Below are positions 32,096-41,321 of a stretch of 64,000 bases of DNA, piece by piece (positions within the stretch are counted from its first letter, which is position 1; every line of letters starts with the position of its first letter). Source of the stretch: Candidatus Bathyarchaeota archaeon (GTDB taxonomy: Archaea; Thermoproteota; Bathyarchaeia; Bathyarchaeales; Bathycorpusculaceae); contig CAWEPZ010000009.1 of NCBI GenBank assembly GCA_963811105.1, positions 361,911 through 425,910 of the forward strand. Reading direction: 5' to 3'. The translations under genes and the position numbers were made by a program. Below the pieces are notes generated by a model. It had not been told where the DNA came from, did not search any database, and saw only the letters and a list, made by a program, of their open reading frames with translations.

Positions 32096-32498
32096 AATAC
32101 GACACCTAACAGCAGTAGTTTAATGATACGCAACATATATATGCCATGAATTAACTCATGGAGGAATATTAAGACATAAACATTTATCATTGATAAAAAA
32201 ATTTAAATAAAAATGTACATTTTAAAGGCAAAACATTGATATTGTGAAACATCCTTCTTGGTCTTTATTGACAATACGGCTGTATTAGTTTTGTATTGTT
32301 GAGTAACTTGCTTTGGCGTTACTGAACCCAATGTTAGCGAAAAAACATGAATTCAAATTCAAATAGAGTCAGGGTACTAATAAGTAAATTAAATTAAGCT
32401 AATATTGTTGTAAGTAGCGAATTCTGCCAAAACAATTATGATCGTCCTAACTCCCCTCATCTCCTACAGAACATGATTCGCTAGTTTGAGGGAGGCAC

Positions 32499-32654
32499 AT
32501 GGAGGAAGTCTCAAAAACTATTTCCGAAATGAAACAAAGGATAGCGTCTAAACTTAGAGCGGCGAAAGCTGGTTCAAGAGATAAAGCAGTTACAACCCAA
32601 GAGACTGATTATGACGTACCAGAACAAAAATGGCTGGATTATATTCCTGGATGA
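32499..32654 (+). CDS. Unannotated 51-aa small protein
   Basis: Strong SD (GAGGGAGG) directly before the ATG; MEEVSKTISEMKQRIASKLRAAKAGSRDKAVTTQETDYDVPEQKWLDYIPG. Confidence 0.55.
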   Translation: MEEVSKTISEMKQRIASKLRAAKAGSRDKAVTTQETDYDVPEQKWLDYIPG

Positions 32655-33154
32655 TTGTTTGCTTTGGTAAAAAAGACACCTGACAAACGATATCGTTGCA
32701 ACTCTTTACTAAATTAGTTCACACAATACCAGATTGCTTGATCTTCTGATTTCCACGAACAGAAGAGATGTAACATATGTGTGATCTCTTTTAGGGCATC
32801 GATCCAGAAAACATTAATGTTAGAGCTAGCGACTAAATCATTAATTTAGCTATGATTGCTTCATTTCTGGTACTAAAGTGCATAGACTTTCTTTTTCATT
32901 CACAGCACATCTGGAAGATATTATCGGGACTCTCTTTTCAAGAAAGTATGACCAGCGAACCGTAAAATCTCTCTACTCGTGCAAAACGATGCTACACGGA
33001 TTATTACTGATCAGAACTTTTTGAAACAGATTTTGGTCAACTTGGTAATGAACTCTTCAAGCTTTAACTTCATGCGAAAAAATGAAGGTTCATGTTACTG
33101 TAACAAAAAACGCCTTTTTTATAATAGTGAAAGATCGTGTAACAACAAACCATT

Positions 33155-33760
33155 TTAAGTTAACTCGACCAAAATCTTTTCTTCAGCTTCTTTTGTTTTT
33201 TCTTCAAGCATTCTCTTCAATTCATAAACGGCTACAGTGTGAAGCAAAGCTACCTCAGTGTTTGAATTATCCTTCTCGATTAAAACTTGAAGGGGGCTAC
33301 TCTTTTCTTCCAAGTTTTCGTTCATATCGAAAGATAAACTCTTTATTCTGTCGATAGCTGTCTCGAACAAAACCCTATTTGGCTTTTTCCTAAACAAGAA
33401 CAACCTTTGGTTTGTAAGGTAAAGATAACCTGATCTCCAGACACCTGAATTAAACTTGTCTCGGCAATAGTGTGAACCAAATGTCTTTAGAATAATTTCT
33501 TCATTCTCATTTAACGGAGCTTCTTCATTACTTTCCGCTAATACGGATTTTCGAATCTGCTCATCCCATGTTCCCATCATGCCGTAATCAACCATCGTTG
33601 TCAACCCAGCGATCGCGGCTTTCAAATTGATTCCAATTAAAGGAACTCCAGAAACCGAAATTATGACATCTGCATGAAGAATTACGCCTTTGACCAAGAT
33701 TCTGTCAACAAGATCTACAAGAGCTCCATCTCTTGAAGGCAACAAATTAGTCTTCTCCAA
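33155..33760 (-). CDS. gvpM: GvpA/J/M-family gas vesicle protein (GvpM-like) fused to a GRAM/PH-like domain
   Basis: LVDLVDRILVKGVILHADVIISVSGVPLIGINLKAAIAG N-terminus; C-terminal GYLYLTNQRLFLF typical of GRAM/PH folds. Confidence 0.8.
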   Translation of the reverse strand: MEKTNLLPSRDGALVDLVDRILVKGVILHADVIISVSGVPLIGINLKAAIAGLTTMVDYGMMGTWDEQIRKSVLAESNEEAPLNENEEIILKTFGSHYCRDKFNSGVWRSGYLYLTNQRLFLFRKKPNRVLFETAIDRIKSLSFDMNENLEEKSSPLQVLIEKDNSNTEVALLHTVAVYELKRMLEEKTKEAEEKILVELT

Positions 33761-35673
33761 AATCAGCTTCTAGCAAAATAACAGTTTCTCTTAAGTTGCA
33801 GAACTCTTCAGTAACGCGTTCATATGGCGCTTCTTCAAGATTTTTTACCGAAGCTTGAAGTTTTTTCTTTTTCTCGTTCGAAAACTTTTCACCTAATTTA
33901 TCTTCCAATGCGGAAAGTAACATCTTTGCTTGACTTACTTTTTTCAACTTTGTACTCAACCCCTCCTTAAGTTCGAGAAGCTTACTACTAAGCTCTCGGA
34001 CTGTTTGGAGCTCATGGTCGTTCATTGCCTCATTTAATCGGTTCAGCGCCATTTCAACCTGCCTCCTGTCTTTGTTTGAAATTTTTCCATTAGTCTCTTC
34101 CAAGAATTTTTGTGTTGCGTAGATTGTAAAAGTTGCTCGATTTTGGTTTTCTATTAATTCCTTTTTTATCTCATCTTCTTCGATAAACTTGGTTGCTTCC
34201 ATAATCCTTCTCATGAGTTCTTCCTGAGAAAGACTCTTAGTATCTGCCACTTTGGCAACTTCTAGTTTTCCTGTTTCTAAAATTTCCGCAGAAACAGTTA
34301 AAATACCGTTAGCGTCAATTTCGAACGTCACTTCCACTTTCTGTTCATATTTAGGTGCCTTAGGAATACCCTCAAGCTTAAACAAACCTATGGACGTGTT
34401 ATCCTTAGCCATCTCCCGATCACCTTGTAAAACATTAATCATCATAGATGTCTGGTCATCCTCTTGCGTTGCGAAAGTCATGTTTTCCTCTGTCGGAATA
34501 GTACTGTTTCGTTTGATTAGACGCGTAAATAATCCGCCAGAAGTTTCTACACCCAAAGACAGCGGTGTGACATCTAACAACAACATATCTCTAATTTCGC
34601 CATTCAAAATACTGGCTTGAACGCCAGCACCTGTAGCGACTATACCCATGGGGTCTATACCTATTTCTGGTTCCTTTTTAAAATAACTTCTAAAATATTC
34701 TCTAACACATGGAATTCGGGTGGGTCCACCTACTAAAATTAGATTATCTATATCTTCGAGATCCAAACCGGAGTCTTCTAAGGCTTGCTCCATGGGACCT
34801 TTCAGCCTATCAAGTTGAGGTTTGATTAATTCTTCAAGCTTATCCCGAGTTAAAGTTATGAACAAACTTGTTATGGAGTCGTTTACATTAACCTCCGTTT
34901 TTGCTGTTGTCCATAATTCAGTTGAAAGTTGAATCTTTGCCATTTCGCCAGCATCTCTTAGTTTGTTCAAGTTCCTACAGTCATTTTCTAAGCGAACTTT
35001 GTACTTTCTTTCAACTTCTTCAATCAAGATAATCTAAAATAGCATCATCCATGTCTTTGCCACCCAGATGAATATCTCCGCTAGTGGACATGACTTGGAA
35101 TAAACCATTTTTCATATGCAGAATAGTCACGTCGAAAGTTCCAGCGCCTAAGTCCAACACAGCCACATTTAGGTTTCTTCCTGCCTTGCCTAAACCGTAA
35201 GCTAGAGAAGCAGCTGTGGGTTCACTGACTACTCTTAAAACTTCAAAACCCGCTATTTCTCCAGCTTCCTTAGTAGCGTTTCTTTGATTATTATTAAAGT
35301 AGGCGGGCGCAGAGATTACTGCCTTGTCTATTTTCTCTCCTAAATAAGTTTCAGCGTCTCTTTTTATCTTCTTGAGTATCAAAGCCGAGATTTGTTGAGG
35401 ACTATAAACCGTGCCATCAATATTTTCAACATGATCTGTACCAATTTTTCTTTTGATCCACCTTATCGCTCGCTCAGGGTGCTCATACGAGTAGTTTTTT
35501 GCAGGTTTACCAACGAGGATTTCACCATCTTCTTTAAATGCAACAATAGAAGGGAACATTTTTCCGTTAGGAGTTGGATCTTCTGCAGCAGGGACAAGTC
35601 TTATTTTTCCATCTTTCATAACAGCGGCAGCTGAGTTAGACGTCCCAAGATCTATTCCAATGGTTCTAATCAT
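33747..35673 (-). pseudogene. dnaK: DnaK/Hsp70, split by a +1 frameshift near 35025 (ORFs 35020-35673 and 33747-35027)
   Basis: GIDLGTSNS, PAYFNNNQR, EPTAA, DLGAGTFD in ORF1; LVGGPTRIP, LLDVTPLSLG, FEIDANGIL in ORF2; junction TAT-C-TTG-ATT-GAA. Confidence 0.9.
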
Positions 35674-35689
35674 AATGATCCCTTGAAGA

Positions 35690-36673
35690 TTATTTAGCCG
35701 CCTTTTCTTCAATTACTATATTTTCTTCGACATCTGTTTTCGTAATTGAGCAAAGGTAATGTTCACAGTATTTAGTCAGCAGAGCTTGTGCTTCCCTTAT
35801 TTTCTTGAACATCTTTTCGCAGGATGGGTCATCTGGGTGAAGGTCAGGATGGTATCGACGTGCTAGACTGTTGTATGCCATGTTAATTTCAGAAATACTT
35901 ACTTCTTGACTTAGACCCATGGTTTTTCTCGCTTCCTCCAATGAATCAAAATTTATCTTTTTTACACCTATTTTTGCAAAATTGTATGCCGGCAAGGGAC
36001 CGACGGAAATAAACTTCAGGTAATTAACGTGTTTTTTCTCTAACTCATTCAGTTTATCATAAAAATCCTGTTCTCGACTTTTATCAATAAGGAAAGCAGC
36101 ATCCAAGAGTGTTTCTTGATCAATTATTTTGTTTTCTTCTGAATCTACTGATAAGCTCTTCAGAGTGCGTGCAATACCTTCCAAGTATTCAATTTTTCTT
36201 TGATCCAGTTCAGCCTTGACTCTTTTCCCTAGCTCAATTTTGTGTGACTGATTAGCGTTTTCTTTGTTTTCGTTGACTAGTTTTCGGATTTCTGCATTTT
36301 GGTTTAAAATGTTTAAGAGCATACCTTTATCCCATGAAATTTTGACGTTAATTTGTAATTTGTGGTCGACCTTTTCCATAGTTTTTTTAAGCTTCATTCG
36401 ACCATGTTTGAGAATGTTCCTTATCTCTTCATCGTCTTTGGCTATAGCTCCAAATCTCATTGGAATAACTGTATGAGGTTCCATGATTTTCCGTAAAACA
36501 TCATCATGAATTCTCGCCTCTGCTCTCCCAATACAACAATTCTCGCCGATGTCGCTGACTATAACACCCATGTCTTCAAATTGAACACTGTATATTTCCC
36601 CATTATCCATTCCAATTCTGCCGAAGCTTTTTTGGCAATCAGAGTTGATGATTCCGTAAATGTATTTGGGCAT
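35690..36673 (-). CDS. GvpL/GvpF-family protein fused to a C-terminal J domain
   Basis: YIYGI, TVIPMRFG, GPLPAYNF (GvpL/F), then MGL...EINMAYNSLARRYHPD...FKKIREAQ (J domain with HPD). Confidence 0.9.
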   Translation of the reverse strand: MPKYIYGIINSDCQKSFGRIGMDNGEIYSVQFEDMGVIVSDIGENCCIGRAEARIHDDVLRKIMEPHTVIPMRFGAIAKDDEEIRNILKHGRMKLKKTMEKVDHKLQINVKISWDKGMLLNILNQNAEIRKLVNENKENANQSHKIELGKRVKAELDQRKIEYLEGIARTLKSLSVDSEENKIIDQETLLDAAFLIDKSREQDFYDKLNELEKKHVNYLKFISVGPLPAYNFAKIGVKKINFDSLEEARKTMGLSQEVSISEINMAYNSLARRYHPDLHPDDPSCEKMFKKIREAQALLTKYCEHYLCSITKTDVEENIVIEEKAAK

Positions 36674-36679
36674 TCATTC

Positions 36680-37489
36680 TCACCGGGTTCCTTTTATTTT
36701 TGATTCGCTTAACTGGCCTGCAAAAGAATATGGTGGCCAAGGTCCAGTGAACCTAACGACAAATCCTTCATTCTTCAAATGTCCTAGCGTATTTCCTAAG
36801 CTCTTAATTTTTTCTTGTTGTGCAAGACAAGTTACGTTAAGAACCATTTGTTTGCCTTGCCATTTCCCATGAACTTCCCGGTTTATTGAACCAAGTTTTA
36901 TTTCCTCAACAAGCTTCTCGATTTGAGCGTACAAATTTCTTGCATGTCTATCTATGAAAAGCTGTTTTTCAAGTTGTATTTCTTTTTCTAACTTTTTCTC
37001 AATCAGATAAGCAGCGCCCCTACTTGTGCTCTCTATTTTCTTTTTTAAACTCTGGATTTCTAACTTGTTATTTAGAGTTTCATCAATCAGGCCGTTTTCG
37101 AGGAAAATCTGAACACCATACTCGGCTTTTCCCTTAAGTTTCATTAGCAAAGTTTTGAGCTGAAAGTATTCTTTGCTGAGCCACTCTTTGAGCGTTTCGT
37201 CGTCTCCTTTGAAAATCGTGTCAAAAGTTAGAGGAATAACAGTTCCATATTCCTCAGTAGCCAGGTCAATCACAAATTGATGCGCCAAAATCCATTCTCC
37301 GGCTTTCTCTTTTGATGTCGTTACATAAGGCTTTGTCTCACACGAATGGATGACTACTCCTATATCTTGGAAAGTTACAACACTAACATAGCTATCTTCA
37401 ACGCCGACTTGTCCAAAATTCTTCTTATTTGCACTATTGATTATACAGTATAGGTATCTTCCTTCTCTGCACCTATTTTCTTGAATCAT
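36680..37489 (-). CDS. gvpL: GvpL/GvpF-family gas vesicle protein
   Basis: GRYLYCI, TVIPLTFDTIF, EYGVQIF, TGPWPPYSF; follows gvpK. Confidence 0.9.
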   Translation of the reverse strand: MIQENRCREGRYLYCIINSANKKNFGQVGVEDSYVSVVTFQDIGVVIHSCETKPYVTTSKEKAGEWILAHQFVIDLATEEYGTVIPLTFDTIFKGDDETLKEWLSKEYFQLKTLLMKLKGKAEYGVQIFLENGLIDETLNNKLEIQSLKKKIESTSRGAAYLIEKKLEKEIQLEKQLFIDRHARNLYAQIEKLVEEIKLGSINREVHGKWQGKQMVLNVTCLAQQEKIKSLGNTLGHLKNEGFVVRFTGPWPPYSFAGQLSESKIKGTR

Positions 37490-37808
37490 TCAAGTCACCG
37501 TTATTGTTTATATTTTCAGGATTAGTCATGACTTCAACTGTGTCTTCAACTAGTCTGTCAAGGTCAGTTCGTAAAGATTTAACAATAGATTGGAGGCCAT
37601 TTTCATCTATTATATGTTTGAGGGCTCCATCAAGCTCTCTTAGGCCATTTCCTAATCTTTCAATCTCCTCGTCGCTCAGTTTACCAGACTCCATTCTCCG
37701 CACAGCTTCTTTTTCAAGAACCTCTTGAATAATTTCAACTAAAGCAACAATTACTCCGATGAGACCCGATTTTAGGTCACTTTCATTAATTTCTATAGGC
37801 ATTGTCAT
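37473..37808 (-). CDS. gvpK: Gas vesicle protein GvpK
   Basis: GLIGVIVALVEIIQEVLEKEAVRRMESGKLSDEEIERLG. Confidence 0.93.
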   Translation of the reverse strand: MTMPIEINESDLKSGLIGVIVALVEIIQEVLEKEAVRRMESGKLSDEEIERLGNGLRELDGALKHIIDENGLQSIVKSLRTDLDRLVEDTVEVMTNPENINNNGDLNDSRK

Positions 37809-38328
37809 TTCCTCTTTTGATTAATTTTACTTCTAAAACACCGTTGTTGATTGTTTTGCTAATTTTCTCTTCAACAAGGCAAGGGAGAGGGACTTCTTTG
37901 TAGTATTCTTGCCCCGATATTATTAGATGAGAATCTGCTATTGTTACTTGGATGGTTTCTTCTTTTGAAGGCAACATCGTTACAACTCTTAAGAGGATTT
38001 TTTCATCTATTACATCTACCAACTCATCGTTATGAGTTATACCTACCAACTCTTCGTCTGCCCACCAACTAAATAAAATTTTTTTGCCATTAGAAGAATC
38101 GATTTTTGATCGTTGGAAAGTGGCAATGGGTTTTCCAATGACTTCTTGCGCTTTTGGGTTTATGATTTCCCTAATTTTAATAAGCACTTCCATATCCGAA
38201 GAGGCGCAAATCAGGTTTGTTAATTGCTTTATCCCTGCATGACGCTCTTTTATAAGATATATTGTTATATGCCTGCTTTTCTCGTCTAAAGTGTTAAGGA
38301 GCAGATCAAGTTTGTTCAGCGTACTCAA
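37786..38328 (-). CDS. Hsp20/alpha-crystallin-domain protein (GvpH-like) with N-terminal extension
   Basis: C-terminal VDVIDE...YYKEVPLP...INNGVLEVKL; lies between gvpJ and gvpK. Confidence 0.75.
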   Translation of the reverse strand: MSTLNKLDLLLNTLDEKSRHITIYLIKERHAGIKQLTNLICASSDMEVLIKIREIINPKAQEVIGKPIATFQRSKIDSSNGKKILFSWWADEELVGITHNDELVDVIDEKILLRVVTMLPSKEETIQVTIADSHLIISGQEYYKEVPLPCLVEEKISKTINNGVLEVKLIKRGNDNAYRN

Positions 38329-38720
38329 CTGCGAACACCCACCTTAGATGCAACTTTTAATCCTTTTTGTTTCTTAGCTCTTGCGCTCTCCCATCCGCAC
38401 CAAGGGCAAGCAAAATCCAACAATTCTTGCCTGTTAACCTGTTTGGAACATTGAGGGCAATCTTCTTTTTGTATTGAAGCGTCTTTCCAAGCAGCTGTTT
38501 CCAAATTGGTTCCTAATGGAAATTCTAGCCCGTATTTCGCAGCGGTTTCAAAAGAGGCAAGTGCAGCTCTGATTTTTATTCCTAGCAGCTCAACTCCAGC
38601 AACGCTAATAACTATGTCTGCGTTGATTACTAGTCCTTTATCTAGGATTCTATCTATAGCGTCCGCCAATCCTGAATGTTCTTTTTCGGGAGTTAAAGTA
38701 ATGCTATCCAAGTTTTTCAT
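38325..38720 (-). CDS. gvpJ: Gas vesicle protein GvpJ with C-terminal Zn-ribbon
   Basis: LADAIDRILDKGLVINADIVISVAGVELLGIKIRAALASFETAAKYGLEFP; CPQC...CPWC. Confidence 0.92.
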   Translation of the reverse strand: MKNLDSITLTPEKEHSGLADAIDRILDKGLVINADIVISVAGVELLGIKIRAALASFETAAKYGLEFPLGTNLETAAWKDASIQKEDCPQCSKQVNRQELLDFACPWCGWESARAKKQKGLKVASKVGVRS

Positions 38721-39040
38721 TCCTTATTTTGTCCATATATCCAACCACACCAAGGGCACTCGCTTTTGAATTCTTCTTGAGTGGATTCTCGGTCGCAAAT
38801 TGGACAAGCGTGCTTTGCGGCTAAAATTCTCCATGATGCTGTGTTCAAATTAGTGTTTTCAGGAAATTTCAAACCTATTTGCTTAGCCGTTTTAAATGAT
38901 GAAAGGACGATACGTGATTTAGTGTCCAAAAGATCAATGTTGCTAAAACGAATCCTCGCATTTGAGTCAACTGTAACGCCCTTATCCATTATTACGTCTA
39001 ATACGCTGTTCAGAGTAGCATTTCGGGTTCTATTTGTCAT
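38717..39040 (-). CDS. Divergent GvpJ paralogue with C-terminal Zn-ribbon
   Basis: LNSVLDVIMDKG...SFKTAKQIGLKFP; CPIC...CPWC. Likely start is the ATG at 39040 after an AGGAGG SD. Confidence 0.82.
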   Translation of the reverse strand: MTNRTRNATLNSVLDVIMDKGVTVDSNARIRFSNIDLLDTKSRIVLSSFKTAKQIGLKFPENTNLNTASWRILAAKHACPICDRESTQEEFKSECPWCGWIYGQNKE

Positions 39041-39195
39041 CAATGAGAGATGCCTCCTTGAGATTGATTGATGCCCCATTCATTTGAAAATGTAGTTAAG
39101 GCTGTCAATTTAGTCGCCTCGCGAAAACATTTTAAGACTTGTTGATAAGAGTGCCTTTTTCTGTTTATCTTTCATTACATTTTGCTCCTTTAAAT

Positions 39196-39486
39196 TCAAC
39201 CTAATATGTTCATCCTCTGGCTGGGGCCCACTGTAAATAATCGTTTGTTCATCAATCGTTGATGGCAAAGCGTTTTGTCGCGCGTTTCGTATTCTTCTTT
39301 TGTTATTTCGCCCAGTTCAAAGAGTAGTCTGTTTTCTCTTAATCCATCGTTAATTCTCTTCTGATTTTCCTTAAATCTTCCCTCATCAGCGTAATCCATG
39401 ATTGTTTCCATAAGCCAGATCATATCAAATGGAGGAAAGGAAAGACCAATCATTTCTAAAAAAAGGTCGTCTACAAAAAATGGCAT
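39196..39486 (-). CDS. gvpG: Gas vesicle protein GvpG
   Basis: FFVDDL N-terminus and ENRLLFELGEITKEEYE; follows gvpF. Confidence 0.85.
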   Translation of the reverse strand: MPFFVDDLFLEMIGLSFPPFDMIWLMETIMDYADEGRFKENQKRINDGLRENRLLFELGEITKEEYETRDKTLCHQRLMNKRLFTVGPSQRMNILG

Positions 39487-40151
39487 TAGATTGCACCATT
39501 TCTTTTCTTAACTTCTACACCATCTGTGCCAATTCTAATGTACACAAAGTTATGGGGCGCCCAAGGTCCGCTATAGAGGAACTTTAAAGTTTGATACTTG
39601 TTTTTAAGTCTAACAACCTCATTCGAAAATGATTCTATTTGTTCTTTGCCGACTAAGAAGGAGGCATTCAAAATGAGTCTTCCACTAAATAAGTCGCATG
39701 CAACTGCTTGTTTTGCTTTGGCTTTCAATGATTCTAAGATTTCTGAGGCGTACTCCTTTTTCTCGTAGGTATTGGCAAAAAGGTTTTTTTCAATTTGAAC
39801 AACCTTTACTCCGAGTTCAACTGTGTTTTCAACAAGCTTTAGCGACTCCACTGTGGAATTATAGGCTTTTTTGAGCAAACGTTTTAGGATTATTTCGTTT
39901 TTTATTGTTGTTCCGAATTCGGTTGGAACAACAGAGTACTTTTTCATGATTTCTTGCATGACGTTCTCATGTTTCGTTGTATTGTCTTCAGTTAACTCGT
40001 AATCTTTCATTGGAGAATCACTAACTACTGCTGCAATGTCTCGGCATAAAATGGTGTAGACTTCGTTATTTTCCAAGCCTACCCTACCGAAATTCTTTTT
40101 TTCACTACAATTTATTGCACAATAGAAGTATTTTCCGTCTTCTGTTTTCAT
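39486..40151 (-). CDS. gvpF: Gas vesicle protein GvpF
   Basis: GKYFYC, AAVVS, SVVPTEFG, ELGVKV, LNASFLV, SGPWAPHNFV. Confidence 0.9.
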   Translation of the reverse strand: MKTEDGKYFYCAINCSEKKNFGRVGLENNEVYTILCRDIAAVVSDSPMKDYELTEDNTTKHENVMQEIMKKYSVVPTEFGTTIKNEIILKRLLKKAYNSTVESLKLVENTVELGVKVVQIEKNLFANTYEKKEYASEILESLKAKAKQAVACDLFSGRLILNASFLVGKEQIESFSNEVVRLKNKYQTLKFLYSGPWAPHNFVYIRIGTDGVEVKKRNGAI

Positions 40152-40169
40152 TTGTTTACCCTCTAAATG

Positions 40170-40997
40170 CTAAATTTCCAGTTGTAAGTAGTGGTTTAGA
40201 GCTTTGTGAGCTTGAATATGCTCGTAAACCATGCTTCTTATTCTCGGTTTAGCGTCTTCTACTGGACCGTAGACTATTTCCTTGCCTGATTTCGTGATTT
40301 TCAATAGTCCTTTTTGTTTCAAAGAATGAAGAAGCGGGTATATAGTTCCTGGACTAAGTAAAACGTTGAACCTCAAATGAATGGTTCCTATTATTTCGGT
40401 GCCGCACATCATTTGTTTTTGTAGAATAGACAAAATTAGATTTTCCAAGTTATCTTTCACTATTTTTTCAACGGATTTACCCGATACCCTCGAGTCATCG
40501 AAGAAATCTCCAGATAATATTGTCAGGTCATTTGTTGTTAGGCGAAGTTGATTGTGATATAAGGCTAATTGTTTAATTTTTTCAAAACTGAATCGTGATA
40601 GGTCGTAGGTACATAGACAGTTTATAGAGCGTTTTTTGCTCAATTCGTTCAGATAGTTTTCTCTTTTCTCGATTTCAGCTTCTTCTTGATTGTCTAACGA
40701 TCCTGCATCTACAATAAGTTGCAGATCATTACTTTCCTTTTCGAAACTGTAAATATCACGTGGATTGACAATTTCTAGTTGAATGTTTGGGTGATTGAAT
40801 TCTTGTGCCAGGGATGAGCTATCGACATTGGTAACGTAGATTATTTTTTGATTTTGTCGAGTTGCTGGTATTAAGAACGCGTTTTGAATCGTGTATTTAT
40901 CAACATTTGGAGCATACAGGTGGAGTGTATGGTTTGAGGTTCTTTTGTCCATGCTCGAAAATTGCTTGGAAGAATTGAAAAGGGAAGCTGTTTCCAT
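40170..40997 (-). CDS. MEDS-like sensory domain fused to a PadR/GvpE-like wHTH regulator
   Basis: N-terminal HTLHLY...IIYV...LCTYD...H pattern (MEDS-like); C-terminal CGTEII...LSPGTIYPLLH. Confidence 0.78.
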   Translation of the reverse strand: METASLFNSSKQFSSMDKRTSNHTLHLYAPNVDKYTIQNAFLIPATRQNQKIIYVTNVDSSSLAQEFNHPNIQLEIVNPRDIYSFEKESNDLQLIVDAGSLDNQEEAEIEKRENYLNELSKKRSINCLCTYDLSRFSFEKIKQLALYHNQLRLTTNDLTILSGDFFDDSRVSGKSVEKIVKDNLENLILSILQKQMMCGTEIIGTIHLRFNVLLSPGTIYPLLHSLKQKGLLKITKSGKEIVYGPVEDAKPRIRSMVYEHIQAHKALNHYLQLEI

Positions 40998-41025
40998 AGT
41001 TGTTTCCTTCGTAGTTAGTGCATTT

Positions 41026-41307
41026 TTATTCCTCTGTTGCTTCAGAGGTAATTAGATCGCCGCGTTTTCTGATCATTTTTTGTGTCCATCCGATTAACTC
41101 CGCGTCTTTGCTTATTCTAAATAAATACCTGCCTAGCAGGTCTTGAGTATCCGGTATTGCTTTTCTTTGCAGCACTTCCAATGTCACTGCCCATTCGCCA
41201 TTTTTTTCTTTGATGTCAACTATAATCTCGGGATTTTTAGAAATGAACCTCTTTGCGGCGTCAAACGCTACCTCAGTAATTTTTGATAAAGAATTATTCT
41301 CGTTCAT
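41026..41307 (-). CDS. gvpO: Gas vesicle protein GvpO
   Basis: W.V.LEVLQRKAIPDTQDLLGRY...RGD. Confidence 0.92.
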   Translation of the reverse strand: MNENNSLSKITEVAFDAAKRFISKNPEIIVDIKEKNGEWAVTLEVLQRKAIPDTQDLLGRYLFRISKDAELIGWTQKMIRKRGDLITSEATEE

Positions 41308-41321
41308 TTTTTTTATCCCCT

